Shown here piece by piece: positions 45,712 through 56,699 of a DNA stretch of 64,000 bases (position 1 is the first letter of the stretch; the number at the start of each line of letters is the position of its first letter). A model generated the notes under the pieces. It saw only the letters and a list, made by a program, of their open reading frames with translations, ran no database searches and was not told where the DNA came from. The stretch comes from Chloroflexota bacterium (GTDB lineage Bacteria > Chloroflexota > Anaerolineae > UBA2200): assembly GCA_030607875.1 (NCBI GenBank), contig JAUWJD010000011.1, positions 16,165 through 80,164 on the forward strand. The letters are read 5' to 3'. The position numbers and the translations under genes were made by a program.

Positions 45712-47559
45712 CTACTCTACAGTCACCGACTTGGCCAGGTTGCGTGGCTGGTCCACATCACAGCCCAGCCGCACGGCAATGTGATAGGCCAGGAGTTGCA
45801 GTGGTATCACTGTCAGCACCGGCGCAAGCAGCGGCGCCGCTGCTGGAACAAAGATGGTGTGGTCGGCCTGGTCCGCAATCTCCTGGTCCCCCTCGGTGGC
45901 CACAGCGATCACAATGCCACCACGCGTGCGAACTTGCTCGATGTTACTCAGCATCTTGTCGCGCACGTGATCGCGCACAGCAATGGCCACAACGGGCATG
46001 TTTTCGTCGATCAGGGCAATGGGCCCATGCTTCATCTCACCAGCGGGATAGCCCTCGGCGTGGATGTAGGAAATCTCCTTCAGTTTGAGAGCCCCCTCCA
46101 GGGCAATGGGGTAGTTCAAACCACGGCCCAGGTACAAGAAATCGCGGCGCTTGAAGTAGCGCTGAGCCAGTGCCTCATAGTCATGACCATTGGCCAGGAT
46201 CCGATCCACCAGGCCCGGCAGCTCGATGAGATCCTGCAGCAGGTCTTCCCTCTGCGGCCGCTCCAGCAGGCCTCGCTCTTGGCCCAGGTAGACACCCAGC
46301 AGGTACGTGGCTACGAGCATCGAAGTGAAAGCTTTGGTCGAGGCCACCCCAATCTCGAGGCCAGCGTTCAGGTAGAGCACTGCATCAGCCAGGCGGGCGG
46401 CCTGGCTGCCGATGACGTTGACGATGCTGATGCTGCGCAGCCCCTTATCCCGCGCCTCCTCCATCGCTGCCAGCGTATCCACGGTCTCCCCGGATTGGCT
46501 GATGACCAGCAGCACATCTTCCTCGGGGTTCAGCAGGGGATCACGATAGCGGAACTCGGAAGCGTAGTCCACCTCCACGGGTATGCCGGCCAGCCTCTCG
46601 ATCAAGAACTTGGAGCACAGCGCGGCATGCCAGGCGGTGCCGCAGGCAACCGCGTAGATGCGTTTGATGGTCCGCAACTGTTCGGCAGAAAAGGAACCCA
46701 ACCCCTCCAGGTGGACCTTGGCTGCCTCCAGATCAAGGCGACCACGAATGACGTCCGTCACGGAGCGAGCTTGCTCCTCGATCTCTTTGAGCATAAAGTG
46801 CTTGTAGCCCTCTTTGGCTACCGCCACCGGATCCCAAGGGATGGTCTGCACCTCTTTTTGCAGCGGCTCACCGGCCAGAGTGAGAAAGCGTGCACCACTC
46901 TCGCTGATCACCGCCAGTTCCTTGCTGTCCAAAAAGCTGACCCGCTGGGTATGCTCCAGGATGGCCGGTAGGTCGGAGGCCACAAACATCTCTCCTTGCC
47001 CATATCCTACCACCACGCCCCCAGCATTGCCCACCCGCGCGGCTACGATCTGTTGGGCATCAAGGGTGCTCAAAACAACCACTGCGCTGGAGCCCTTTAG
47101 TTCAGCCAGGGTCAACCGCACCGCAACAGCAAGGTCTCCCGTCCGGTGGCGATACTTCTCGATCAGGTGCACGATGACCTCGGTATCGGTTTGCGAGCGA
47201 AAGAGGTGCCCATCCACAAGCAGTTGCTCCTTGAGCTCGCGGTAGTTCTCCACAATGCCGTTGTGGATGACGACGATCTCTCCCCGGCAATCGGTGTGGG
47301 GATGGGCATTGGCCTCGGTGATTCCGCCATGCGTCGCCCAGCGAGTGTGCCCTATGCCAACGTGACCCTCAACGGGCTGCTGGGCAAGGAGTGAGGCCAG
47401 GTTCTCGATTTTGCCCACGCTCCGCCGCAGAACCAATTCCCCGTCCTGGATTAGAGCCAGGCCAGCAGAGTCATAGCCACGGTATTCCAGGCGCCGCAGG
47501 CCTGCAAGCACAATAGTCGATGCCTCACGGGGCCCGATGTAGCCGACGATACCACACAT
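45712..47559 (-). CDS. glmS: Glutamine--fructose-6-phosphate transaminase
   Basis: MCGIVG, LEYRGYDSAG, GHTRWATHG, PRNLAKSVTVE. Confidence 0.99.
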   Translation of the reverse strand: MCGIVGYIGPREASTIVLAGLRRLEYRGYDSAGLALIQDGELVLRRSVGKIENLASLLAQQPVEGHVGIGHTRWATHGGITEANAHPHTDCRGEIVVIHNGIVENYRELKEQLLVDGHLFRSQTDTEVIVHLIEKYRHRTGDLAVAVRLTLAELKGSSAVVVLSTLDAQQIVAARVGNAGGVVVGYGQGEMFVASDLPAILEHTQRVSFLDSKELAVISESGARFLTLAGEPLQKEVQTIPWDPVAVAKEGYKHFMLKEIEEQARSVTDVIRGRLDLEAAKVHLEGLGSFSAEQLRTIKRIYAVACGTAWHAALCSKFLIERLAGIPVEVDYASEFRYRDPLLNPEEDVLLVISQSGETVDTLAAMEEARDKGLRSISIVNVIGSQAARLADAVLYLNAGLEIGVASTKAFTSMLVATYLLGVYLGQERGLLERPQREDLLQDLIELPGLVDRILANGHDYEALAQRYFKRRDFLYLGRGLNYPIALEGALKLKEISYIHAEGYPAGEMKHGPIALIDENMPVVAIAVRDHVRDKMLSNIEQVRTRGGIVIAVATEGDQEIADQADHTIFVPAAAPLLAPVLTVIPLQLLAYHIAVRLGCDVDQPRNLAKSVTVE

Positions 47560-47714
47560 GTTTCCCTCCTGTACAAGTTGTTGAAAGAAGTGGGCAGCAG
47601 GCATTGCAGGCGCTCAGGCGTCTCTGTACAGAGAATGAGCCGACAGCAAGACATAGGTTCAGAAAAACCCGGCTCGACGTGGAAGAAGCTTGCCTGCTAG
47701 CCTTGGTGCCCGCC

Positions 47715-47920
47715 ACTGCGCCCCTTTTGTCCCGACAGTCACCTGCGGGCTTTGCGGGGACGCTTGAACTTGGAGGGGAAAAGGGGAGGTGGCACTCCCC
47801 GGAGGCTTCCGCTGATCTGTCGATTTTCCCCACGTGCTGTGCGTGGGTTAGCCCTGCCTCGCGGCAGGGAACCTCCACCTCGTCAACTGTGCCGTGTTGC
47901 GACACAGTCCATGCGCTGTT
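47715..47920 (-). ncRNA. glmS ribozyme (GlcN6P-activated) with a 46-nt insertion
   Basis: A/GCGCAUGGACU-P1-AGUUGACGAGGUGGAGGU...AUCGACAGAUCAGCGGAAGCCUCC...AGGUGACU...GGACAAAA, upstream of glmS. Confidence 0.9.
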
Positions 47921-48029
47921 CCCCCCTACTATTGCTTCACGTTAATTCACATAGGGCACCACCTCCCTGGTCCCTGACATGTATCATGGCGCGCATCGGC
48001 AGCAGCAACGAATCGAGTCGGCTGAGATT

Positions 48030-48120
48030 GAGAAGGCCCTGCAGGGGCTGGAAACGTCGCTTGAGTTCAGTGCCTGCAGGCACCTTTCGGTTTCAGCCAG
48101 GGATTGGAAATCCCTGACTC
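48030..48120. repeat. Degenerate REP-like element
   Basis: gccctgcaggggc, gtgcctgcaggcac and cagggattggaaatccctg hairpins. Confidence 0.4.
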
Positions 48121-48190
48121 TCTGCTGGAACGATAGCCTCGCCAGCGTCTGCGAGATGCAAGCAAAATCGTCACTACAGAATGCAAGTCC

Positions 48191-48913
48191 CTACTCTACC
48201 AGCTCGAACTCGTCCTTGCTGACACCGCACACCGGACATTCCCAGTCGTCAGGGATGTCTTCGAAGGCGGTGCCGGGTTCGATGCCGCCATCCGGATCAC
48301 CGGCGGCGGGGTCGTATATGTACCCGCAGACGGTGCAGACCCACTTCTGCATGGCAGGAGCTTTTGCCTTGGGCTCCTCTTTCCGCAGCTCTCTCTTCCC
48401 GGCCTCTTCCGCGATGTAAGTGGGTGCAGTCTTCGGCGACTTGCCCCGCTTTACCTGGTGGTAGTACGCGTAGGTCATCGGCTTGGCATCGGGATTAAGA
48501 ATCTCGGCTGCGACTACGTCGCCGCTAAACAGGGTGTGTGTCCCAGGGCCCATGCTGGCCTTAATCTCAGCCTCCACGTAAGCCACGGCATGGTCCAGGA
48601 CGATGGGCGCACCGGTTACGCCGAATTTGTAATTGACACCCTCAAACTTGTTCATGTCCCGTCCGGACTTGAAGCCGAAACGCCCAATGAACTCCATGGG
48701 CGTGTCCTGCGATAGAACGGAGACAGCAAGAACATCGCTCGCCTGGACGAATTCATGGGTCAGATTCTGCTTGTTCAGGCAGACGGCAATCATAGGCGGC
48801 TCTGAGGTGGTTTGAAAGACAGTATTGGCAATCTGGCCGCTGAGTTTGTCTCCCTTCTTCGAAGTCACTACGTACAATCCGTAGCTGATCTTGTGCAAAG
48901 CTTTGCGGTTCAT
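48191..48913 (-). CDS. Flavin reductase-rubredoxin fusion (high-molecular-weight rubredoxin)
   Basis: [10 protein letters not shown]...GTHTLF; [12 protein letters not shown]...WECPVCG. Confidence 0.92.
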   Translation of the reverse strand: MNRKALHKISYGLYVVTSKKGDKLSGQIANTVFQTTSEPPMIAVCLNKQNLTHEFVQASDVLAVSVLSQDTPMEFIGRFGFKSGRDMNKFEGVNYKFGVTGAPIVLDHAVAYVEAEIKASMGPGTHTLFSGDVVAAEILNPDAKPMTYAYYHQVKRGKSPKTAPTYIAEEAGKRELRKEEPKAKAPAMQKWVCTVCGYIYDPAAGDPDGGIEPGTAFEDIPDDWECPVCGVSKDEFELVE

Positions 48914-49041
48914 GGCAACCCTCTTCTTGTAAGAATGATTTCACCTTGCTGAAACTGGCAGGTGCCGATTCACACCGCCCCGCCGTTCGGCATCCCCATT
49001 GTATTGTGATGGCAACGCTGTGTCAAGCTCGAAATACGTCC

Positions 49042-49989
49042 TCATGAGCTACAAAGAATCCGACGGAACCAGGCAACTGTTTGCTGCAAGCCGTCTTCCA
49101 GGTCAACGTTGGGCTCCCAACCCAGAATCTGGCGGGCACGCGAAATATCTGGCTGGCGCACTTTCGGATCGTCCACCGGCAGTGGTTTGTAGACAATTCC
49201 GGCGCGGTTCCCAACCAGGCGGTTGACGGTATGAGCAAAATCCAGGATGCTCATCTCCACCGGGTTGCCCAGGTTGAGCGGCAGCATATAGTCGGAGAAC
49301 AACAAGCGGAAGATGCCCTCGATCAGATCGGAATAGAAGCAGAAACTGCGCGTCTGGGAGCCATCGCCGTGCACCGTCAAGGGCTCGCCGCGCAGAGCCT
49401 GGCCGACGAAATTGGGCACCACGCGGCCGTCATCCAGCCGCATACGCGGACCATAGGTGTTGAAGATGCGCGCGATGCGTGTCTCCAGGCCATGGCAACG
49501 CTGATAAGCCATGGTTATGGCCTCGGCAAAGCGTTTGGCCTCATCATACACCCCGCGCGGGCCGATGGGATTAACATGACCCCAGTAGTCCTCAGGCTGT
49601 GGATGCACCTGGGGGTCGCCATAGACCTCCGACGTCGAGGCCAGGAGGAACCGCGCACCCTTAGCCCGGGCCAAGCCCAAAGCCTTGTGCGTGCCCATTG
49701 CACCGACCTTCAACGTCTGAATGGGGAACTCGAGGTAGTCAATCGGACTGGCTGGCGACGCAAAGTGCAGCACCGTGTCCACGGGCCCATCGATGTACAG
49801 GTACTCGGTCACATCCTGCCTGATGGAGCGAAAATGTTCGTGTCCGGCCAGGTGCTCGATGTTGCGGACGCTGCCGGTGATCAGATTGTCCATCGCGATG
49901 ACCTGATGGCCCTCGCTCAGAAAGTGATCGCAGAGATGAGAGCCGAGAAAGCCAGCGCCACCAGTGATCAGAACCCGCATTGCTGCCAT
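49042..49989 (-). CDS. UDP-glucuronate decarboxylase family SDR
   Basis: [45 protein letters not shown]. Confidence 0.93.
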   Translation of the reverse strand: MAAMRVLITGGAGFLGSHLCDHFLSEGHQVIAMDNLITGSVRNIEHLAGHEHFRSIRQDVTEYLYIDGPVDTVLHFASPASPIDYLEFPIQTLKVGAMGTHKALGLARAKGARFLLASTSEVYGDPQVHPQPEDYWGHVNPIGPRGVYDEAKRFAEAITMAYQRCHGLETRIARIFNTYGPRMRLDDGRVVPNFVGQALRGEPLTVHGDGSQTRSFCFYSDLIEGIFRLLFSDYMLPLNLGNPVEMSILDFAHTVNRLVGNRAGIVYKPLPVDDPKVRQPDISRARQILGWEPNVDLEDGLQQTVAWFRRILCSS

Positions 49990-49990
49990 C

Positions 49991-50731
49991 CTAGCACGGC
50001 CTCTTGCCAACGCTGCTGAAACGCACGCGGAAGAGGCCTTTGATGTCTTCCCAGGCTGTACTGGCAATCTTGACCCGGCTGTCTGGATCGTCCGCCCATT
50101 TGACCGGCACCTCAAAGATCTTGTAGCTCAAACGTTCTCCCAGCAACAGCAACTCGCTGTCAAAGAACCAGGCCTGGTCCTCAATCAGGGGCACAACCTC
50201 GCGCACCACCCGACGTGTGACTGCCTTAAAGCCACATTGTGCGTCAGAGAATCGGTTCCTGAACATCAGCTTAATCATCAGATTGTAGGTGCGAGAGATA
50301 AACTCGCGCTTCAGACCTCGCTGCACCTGTGCTCCCTCTTTCAGCCGGGACCCAATCGCTATGTTGTATTCGCTGTCGACCAGAGAATCAATCAGCGGTG
50401 GGAAGGCGCTGAGATCGGTGGACAAATCCACGTCCATGTAGCTGACGATGTCGGCGTCGCTCTCGGTCCAGGCCTTGCGCAGGGCGCGGCCCCGCCCCTT
50501 TAGGTCCAGGTGCACATAGGTCACCTGCCCAGGGTAACGCTCGGCCAATTCCTTGGCAATCTCCAGCGTCCGATCCCGCGAGGCATTGTCGGCAACCACA
50601 ATGCACCAATCATAGTCAACATTGTCCAACAAGAACTGCCGCAACTTGGCCACGCTCGGCTCGAGGTCATCCTGCTCATTGTAGACAGGAATCACCACGT
50701 CCACGCGCACTCGCCTTTTGTCTATCATCAT
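49991..50731 (-). CDS. GT2 glycosyltransferase (Dol-P-glucosyltransferase-like)
   Basis: [26 protein letters not shown]. Confidence 0.92.
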   Translation of the reverse strand: MMIDKRRVRVDVVIPVYNEQDDLEPSVAKLRQFLLDNVDYDWCIVVADNASRDRTLEIAKELAERYPGQVTYVHLDLKGRGRALRKAWTESDADIVSYMDVDLSTDLSAFPPLIDSLVDSEYNIAIGSRLKEGAQVQRGLKREFISRTYNLMIKLMFRNRFSDAQCGFKAVTRRVVREVVPLIEDQAWFFDSELLLLGERLSYKIFEVPVKWADDPDSRVKIASTAWEDIKGLFRVRFSSVGKRPC

Positions 50732-53448
50732 CGTGATCCTCTGCTTATGCTGGTCTCCTTCTCTTGCTGCTTATGGGAGTCTAACGGCCAGGCCCGTACC
50801 AGGCCCAAACTCAGGAAGAAGATAAACGCTAAATCCACCAGGAAGTAGGAATTGTCGATCAAACCATGTGCCAACATCGCGGTCGTGCTGGCAACCAGGC
50901 CCAGAATGATAGCACGCTCATTGCTATCTGGCAAATGCCGGTACAGGCGCAGGGCCAGGACGAAGAACGCCGCTACCAACCACAGCAGGACCATCACACC
51001 CCCGAGGCCGAGGCGCGTCCAGTAGTCCAGGATGATGTTGTGCGGATGAGAAAGATGCGGTTCTTGCCATGCTTCTGGCAGAATGTACTCTGGGTAGCGA
51101 TACAAGAAATTGTCCAGACCGATACCAGTCAGTGGATGATCGCGGATCATAGCCAATGCCGCTTGCCAGAGCTTTAGGCGGCGGTATGTCGTGCCCTGCT
51201 CAAGATCGAACAGGGAAAGGATACGCTGTGTCCCGAGCAGCGGCAGAAGCAGCACCATGCATAAAACAATCATCGTCACTGCCAGCAGAGTCGCACGCCG
51301 TCCGCGTGCCAACCCAATGGTCAGCAAGGCCGCAGGCAAGCTGAGCAACCAGCCCCCCCGCGAATAGGTCAGGAACAAGCAAAGCAGCAGTGCCAGCAGG
51401 ACCAGACCGTACAGGAAGCGTCGAGGCGGCCTCCCCATCCACAGGCCGGCCAGGGCCAGGGGAATGATGCGCCCCAGAAACAGGCTGAGATTGTTCGGCG
51501 AAGCATAAACTCCCCGCATCCGCCGCACACCTTCCGCCACGATCACGTCACTGCTGATGAAGTATTGGTACAGGCCAAAAACAGCAACGGCCAGTCCTGC
51601 CAGCAGAAGGGCATTGGCCAAACGCATGAGTTGCTGGTCATCCAGCCGCGCCTGGCGAAGGACAAAGTAGAGCAACACAGGCTCGATGATAATGACGCGG
51701 AACTCGCGGATGCTGACACCCCGGTTCACAGAAACCAGCAGCGAGAGCGCGGCGAGCAGTACAAAGGCAGCCACCGCCCAGTCCAGCGAAGTAAGGGAAC
51801 GCAGCCAAACACTCCACCAACGTCGCAGCTTCCCTGGAGCACTGCACAAACCAGAACGGAACACTCCCTGGCGCAGCCACAGCAGCCACGACGCCGCACA
51901 ACACAGCAGGGTCAAGGTCTCGACCATGGAGAACGACTTGCCGAAGAGGGCCTTGGGGTACAGAAAGAAGGGAATGGAGAACACCAAACAGGCCAGGCCG
52001 ATGTCCAGACGCAGGAAGATGAGCGCAGCGGCGCAGGCCAGTGCCAGCAGACTGGGCACCGCCCAGGGTAGGACGTAGTACGTCGCCAGCGAGCCGCCGA
52101 CCAACAGCCACTGCACCCACTCAGGCCAGCCCCGGTACAGCGCTACCAGGCGACGAGCCCACACTTCCCAGGGAACAGATGCGCCCAGGCGCGCCAACAC
52201 GACCCGCAGGCACAGCGCGACCACAACGATGAGCGCCAGTTGCCAATAGTACGAGGAGTGATCTGTCTGGACCTGGCTGACCGGCGTGGAAGCGACATCC
52301 TGCCAGGTCCAATAGAACGCGGTGGGCTCAGAATCCGCATCAAGCAATGCAAAACCCCAGTGCGGATCATCATTGGGCAACGCTGGCTGCCAATCAGCCC
52401 AACACAACACGCCCAGCCAGGACCACTCTTGGCGGATGCGTTGCACCGCCTTCACCGTGCGGTCCATCTGCTTGCTTATGTCATCTGTGCCCCACGGTGG
52501 TGCCTGTCCGTACCAGTCCTGAGGCAGCGAGTTCCAACCGAACTCGACCGCCCAGATGGGTATATCCCCATCGCCGTGCCGCACCATCTCCTCGCGCAGC
52601 AGAATGAGGCGTGAGAGATTCAGCACCTGCGGATCAACCCGCCGGTCTTCCGGGCCACTCCAGAAACCGTACGGCTTGGCCGCGAGCACGTCGAAAAGCC
52701 CGCGCCCCCCGGCCTGGTAGATGCCGCGCAGGAACAGTTCCTCACTCATGTTGCGCCCACCCGCCTCGGTGTTCGGAGCGAGGCCAGCGCTGAGCACGAT
52801 GGCATCGGCATCCGCTGCCCGCAGCTCGGCTGCGGCCACCTTCAGGAGACGCACATAGGCGGCAGGATCCACAGGGCGAGCGCCCCAATGAGGGTAGATA
52901 TTCGGCTGATCCCAGATCTCGTAGCAGGTGATCCGCCCACCGTAGCGCTGCGCAAAGGCCCGGACAAACAGGCCATAAGTGGTAACAAACTGCGGTGGAG
53001 CAAAACGGTTATCTCGATCCGCCGGGCTGCGCGCCCACACTGGAGCGGTGTCCAGCACCGCAACAAGCTCCAGTCCTTGCCGGCTGGCTTCTGCAACCAG
53101 GCGATCCCAAGGTTCCCAGTCATACGTTCCCGGCTGCGGCTCGATCTCTGCCCAGGGAAAATGCTGCCGCAGCCAACGGAACCCGCCTGCCCGCACCAGG
53201 CTCAGGGTATGGCGCAGTTCCTCGTCAGATGCATACTGTTCCAACGAAACATTAACCCCGTACAGGCCATCCATGGGCAACGATAACGCCGGCAGTTGTT
53301 CGTAGAGTACGCCTCGCTGCACGTACCGCTGCTGGCTGACAAGTCTGTAGCCCAAGAGGGCCAACACAAACAGGGAGAGGCAACACAAGAGGAAAGCAAT
53401 GGCGAACCAATATGGGTGCGCGGCTTTGTTCGGAAGGATACGACTCAT
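50728..53448 (-). CDS. Fusion of a clan GH-A glycoside hydrolase-like domain and an O-antigen ligase domain
   Basis: RQHFPWAEIEP..G.YDW, EIWDQPN, WAVEFGW; ASPNNL, TYSRGG, HPHNIILD, HGLID. Confidence 0.85.
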   Translation of the reverse strand: MSRILPNKAAHPYWFAIAFLLCCLSLFVLALLGYRLVSQQRYVQRGVLYEQLPALSLPMDGLYGVNVSLEQYASDEELRHTLSLVRAGGFRWLRQHFPWAEIEPQPGTYDWEPWDRLVAEASRQGLELVAVLDTAPVWARSPADRDNRFAPPQFVTTYGLFVRAFAQRYGGRITCYEIWDQPNIYPHWGARPVDPAAYVRLLKVAAAELRAADADAIVLSAGLAPNTEAGGRNMSEELFLRGIYQAGGRGLFDVLAAKPYGFWSGPEDRRVDPQVLNLSRLILLREEMVRHGDGDIPIWAVEFGWNSLPQDWYGQAPPWGTDDISKQMDRTVKAVQRIRQEWSWLGVLCWADWQPALPNDDPHWGFALLDADSEPTAFYWTWQDVASTPVSQVQTDHSSYYWQLALIVVVALCLRVVLARLGASVPWEVWARRLVALYRGWPEWVQWLLVGGSLATYYVLPWAVPSLLALACAAALIFLRLDIGLACLVFSIPFFLYPKALFGKSFSMVETLTLLCCAASWLLWLRQGVFRSGLCSAPGKLRRWWSVWLRSLTSLDWAVAAFVLLAALSLLVSVNRGVSIREFRVIIIEPVLLYFVLRQARLDDQQLMRLANALLLAGLAVAVFGLYQYFISSDVIVAEGVRRMRGVYASPNNLSLFLGRIIPLALAGLWMGRPPRRFLYGLVLLALLLCLFLTYSRGGWLLSLPAALLTIGLARGRRATLLAVTMIVLCMVLLLPLLGTQRILSLFDLEQGTTYRRLKLWQAALAMIRDHPLTGIGLDNFLYRYPEYILPEAWQEPHLSHPHNIILDYWTRLGLGGVMVLLWLVAAFFVLALRLYRHLPDSNERAIILGLVASTTAMLAHGLIDNSYFLVDLAFIFFLSLGLVRAWPLDSHKQQEKETSISRGSR

Positions 53449-53720
53449 CGATTGATCCTTAGAAACCCTCAACTATCGTACCACAGGTTCTGCCCACCGG
53501 CAAACGGACAACAGAGATGGTCACACAGCCCACATACAACTCAGTCCATGAGCAGTAAACCTGAGCTGTGGCCATTGCTGACGCGGTCTTGTGCCTACAT
53601 GAACAAGGGGCAGAGCGGGCGGGAAGGCACAGGTCCCTGAGTTGGCTTGGCTCAAGTATGAGCCGCCACCCGCCAGGGCAGGGCTGTCGCATTGGCTGTG
53701 CCCCCTGGGCTACTGCCGTC

Positions 53721-53798
53721 TGTCATTGCGAGCCCGAAGGGCGAAGCAATCTGCTCTTTCCGGTGGTTGGAGATTGCGTCACTGCGTCCGCAATGACA
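53721..53798. repeat. 78-bp MITE/REP-like element, inverted copy of 12931-13008
   Basis: TGTCATTGCG...CGCAATGACA. Confidence 0.85.
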
Positions 53799-53874
53799 CA
53801 TACCGAGCACTTGGGCGTGCTCCAGGCTCTCCTGAGCGAGTTTGCAGCAGCCCTGGCGCCAGGGTTTGCAGGTT

Positions 53875-53903
53875 TTGACATTATATAGCCTCTCGTGTAT
53901 CAT
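53875..53903 (+). promoter_or_regulatory. Sigma70 promoter of the rplY-mre-min operon
   Basis: TTGACA-N17-TATCAT. Confidence 0.7.
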
Positions 53904-53976
53904 TACAAAGACATGGTTTGAACCCTACACCCCATGCCATCGTCATACTGATGTACAAAGGAGATTGTGAACTTCC

Positions 53977-54657
53977 ATGGAAGAGATCCTATTGAACGCT
54001 GAACAGCGCCAAATTACCGGCAAGATGGTCAAGCAATTGCGGCACAAAGGATATGTGCCAGGCGTGCTGTACGGCCACTATACCGAGCCCATCAACTTGA
54101 GAATAGAGCAGCGCGCGTTGTACCAGGCAGTACAGGAAGCCGGGATGAACCGTCTAATCACCCTCAACATAAAGGGCATTCGCGACCCGAGACGCGTGCT
54201 GGTGCGCGAACTGCAGCGAGACGCGATCACCCATACCATGCTGCACGTTGACCTGTACGAAGTCATCATGACCGAAAGAATCACCACAGAAGTGTCCATC
54301 GTCTTGACGGGCGAGTCGCCTATGGTCCAGGACGGGGAAGGTCTTGTCTTCCAGGGGTTGGACAACATCGAAATCGAGTGCTTGCCTGGCGACCTGCCCC
54401 CACAAATCGAAGTTGATATCACGGGATTGGACGTCATCGACGCTACGATTCTGGTCAGCGACCTCAAACTGAGCGATGCGATCGAGATTCTAACGGACGC
54501 AGAAGAAATCGTGGTCAGGATTCTGCCGCCCGCGAGAGAGGAGATCGAGGAAGTAGTAGAGGTAGAAGAAGTGGCCGAAGTAGAGGTTGTGGGCGAGGAG
54601 GAGGAGGGACCCGAAGCGGAAGCCGAGGAAGAGGCCAAGTCAGGCAGAGAGCAGTAG
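53977..54657 (+). CDS. rplY: 50S ribosomal protein L25 / Ctc
   Basis: LRHKGYVPGVLYG, LHVDLY, PQIEVDITGL, acidic tail. Confidence 0.95.
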   Translation: MEEILLNAEQRQITGKMVKQLRHKGYVPGVLYGHYTEPINLRIEQRALYQAVQEAGMNRLITLNIKGIRDPRRVLVRELQRDAITHTMLHVDLYEVIMTERITTEVSIVLTGESPMVQDGEGLVFQGLDNIEIECLPGDLPPQIEVDITGLDVIDATILVSDLKLSDAIEILTDAEEIVVRILPPAREEIEEVVEVEEVAEVEVVGEEEEGPEAEAEEEAKSGREQ

Positions 54658-54708
54658 CGCAGGCTCTCGAAACACAAGCACATCAATCACAAACAGAGGA
54701 GAGATTCC

Positions 54709-55770
54709 GTGTTCAGCCCACTCAACGCCCTACTAGGGTTGTTTTCCCGGGATATGAGCATCGACCTGGGTACAGCTACCATCCTTGTGCTCGTCCAGGG
54801 CCAGGGCATAGTAATCCACGAGCCTTCTGTCGTCGCCATCGAGAAAAAGACCAAGAGGGTACTAGCTATCGGTGCTGAGGCCAAAGAGATGATCGGCCGC
54901 ACACCAGCAAACATTGTAGCCATACGCCCGCTCCGTGATGGCGTGATCTCGGACTTTGATGTCACGGAGAAGATGCTGCACTATTTCATCAACAAGGCAC
55001 ACGAACACACGCGCATGCCGCTGCCACGGCCACGCGTGGTGGTAGGAATTCCCAGTGGTGTGACCGAGGTGGAGAAGCGCGCCGTGAGGGACGCGTGTCT
55101 CAGTGCAGGCGCGCGTGAAGCGTATCTGATTGAAGAGCCCATGGCCGCGGCAATTGGGGCTGGCTTGCCCGTTACAGAGTCCGTGGGCAGCATGATCGTG
55201 GACATCGGCGGCGGCACAACAGAAGTGGCGGTCATTGCCCTGGGTGGCATCGTGGTCAGCCGCTCCATCCGAGTCGCTGGCGATGAAATGGATGAGGATA
55301 TTGCCCTGTACGCTAGGAAGAAGTACAACCTACTCATCGGAGAACGCATGGCCGAACGGGTCAAAATCGCCATCGGCTCGGCCTGCCCGTTGTCCGAAGA
55401 AAAGTCGATGACCATCTACGGACGCAACCTGATCACCGGCCTGCCCCAGGCGATAGAAGTGAGCAGCGTCGAAATACGCGAAGCTCTGGAGCGTTCTCTG
55501 AATACTATCGTCGCCACGGTCAGAGAAACCATCGACGAGACGCCACCGGAGCTGATAGCAGACCTTATGGAGCAGGGCATTTTCTTGGCAGGGGGCACTG
55601 CCCAACTCCAAGGCCTGACCGAACGTCTGACCCAAGAGACGAAAATGCGCGTGTACGTAGCAGACGATCCGGTTACCTGCGTCGTGCGTGGTGGGGGGCT
55701 CGTGCTGGAACAGCTCGATAGACTGGCCAAAGTACTGGCCTCGGCTCAGCGGGGGCGAAGCAGGCGCTAG
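54709..55770 (+). CDS. mreB: Rod shape-determining protein MreB
   Basis: IDLGTA, PLRDGVI, IEEPMAAAIGAG, DIGGGTTEVA. Confidence 0.98.
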   Translation: MFSPLNALLGLFSRDMSIDLGTATILVLVQGQGIVIHEPSVVAIEKKTKRVLAIGAEAKEMIGRTPANIVAIRPLRDGVISDFDVTEKMLHYFINKAHEHTRMPLPRPRVVVGIPSGVTEVEKRAVRDACLSAGAREAYLIEEPMAAAIGAGLPVTESVGSMIVDIGGGTTEVAVIALGGIVVSRSIRVAGDEMDEDIALYARKKYNLLIGERMAERVKIAIGSACPLSEEKSMTIYGRNLITGLPQAIEVSSVEIREALERSLNTIVATVRETIDETPPELIADLMEQGIFLAGGTAQLQGLTERLTQETKMRVYVADDPVTCVVRGGGLVLEQLDRLAKVLASAQRGRSRR

Positions 55771-55864
55771 CAGAAACTTCTCTGCACAGCCAACAGCGTG
55801 ACGGTCTCCAACCGTCAGCGGACACGGGCATCCATGGTTAGAGCCTGGCCCCAGAGGTAGCAAC

Positions 55865-56677
55865 TTGAGTGTATTGCGCAATCGCTCGGTAACACCGGCA
55901 GTGAGCTTGCTCGTGGGACTGCTTGCCATCACGCTCTTGCGCCCGACCGGCTACCTGCAGCCAGTGGAAGACCTCGTCGCCAGTGCCCTCGCACCGTTGC
56001 AATACAGTCTTGATTGGACCAGCACCAGGATCACTGGCTGGGCACAAACGCTCAAGCACCTGAACTCACTGCAAGCCCGGGTTCGCGAGCTAGAGGAGAC
56101 GGTGGATCGTCTGATGGTCGAGAACGTGCGGCTGCGCGAGGCAGAAATCGAGCTCGCAAACCTGCGGGAGCAACTGCAGTTCAAGATTGCCAATCCCAGC
56201 TACGAGTTGCTCGCTGCAGAGGTCATCGGCCGAGATCCCAGCAATCTGCTGCACTATATCATCATTGACCGCGGCACTCAGGACGGCATAGCAATAGGAA
56301 TGCCGGTTGTCACCGCACGCGGTTTGGTCGGCAGGATTACGACCGCTTATCCCCACTCCGCACGAGTGATGTTGCTCACCGACCTGGCAAGCTCAGTCAA
56401 TGCTCTCATCCAGAGTTCACGTGCTACTGGTGTGGTACAGGGACAAGGACAGCGGGGCTTGATGATGCGTTATGTCGAACAGAATGAACCGGTGCAGGTG
56501 GGCGACATCGTCCTCACATCGGGACTGGGGGGCAATTTCCCCAAGCGGCGGGTGATCGGTCAGGTCACAGCGGTCAAACGAAACGATATGGACATGTTTC
56601 AGGAGGTGCAGGTACAGTCCGCAGTCAGCTTCCATCGACTGGAAATGGTTCTGGTCATTCAGAGCTTTGCGCCTTAG
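55865..56677 (+). CDS. mreC: Rod shape-determining protein MreC
   Basis: Coiled coil; IIIDRGTQDGI, GLVGRI, TSGLGG.FP. Confidence 0.95.
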   Translation: MSVLRNRSVTPAVSLLVGLLAITLLRPTGYLQPVEDLVASALAPLQYSLDWTSTRITGWAQTLKHLNSLQARVRELEETVDRLMVENVRLREAEIELANLREQLQFKIANPSYELLAAEVIGRDPSNLLHYIIIDRGTQDGIAIGMPVVTARGLVGRITTAYPHSARVMLLTDLASSVNALIQSSRATGVVQGQGQRGLMMRYVEQNEPVQVGDIVLTSGLGGNFPKRRVIGQVTAVKRNDMDMFQEVQVQSAVSFHRLEMVLVIQSFAP

Positions 56678-56699
56678 ACTGCCGCTAGCACGGTAGTTA

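Noticed and set aside
48191-48913. Flavin reductase-rubredoxin fusion as a novelty
   Set aside because: Known architecture in anaerobes
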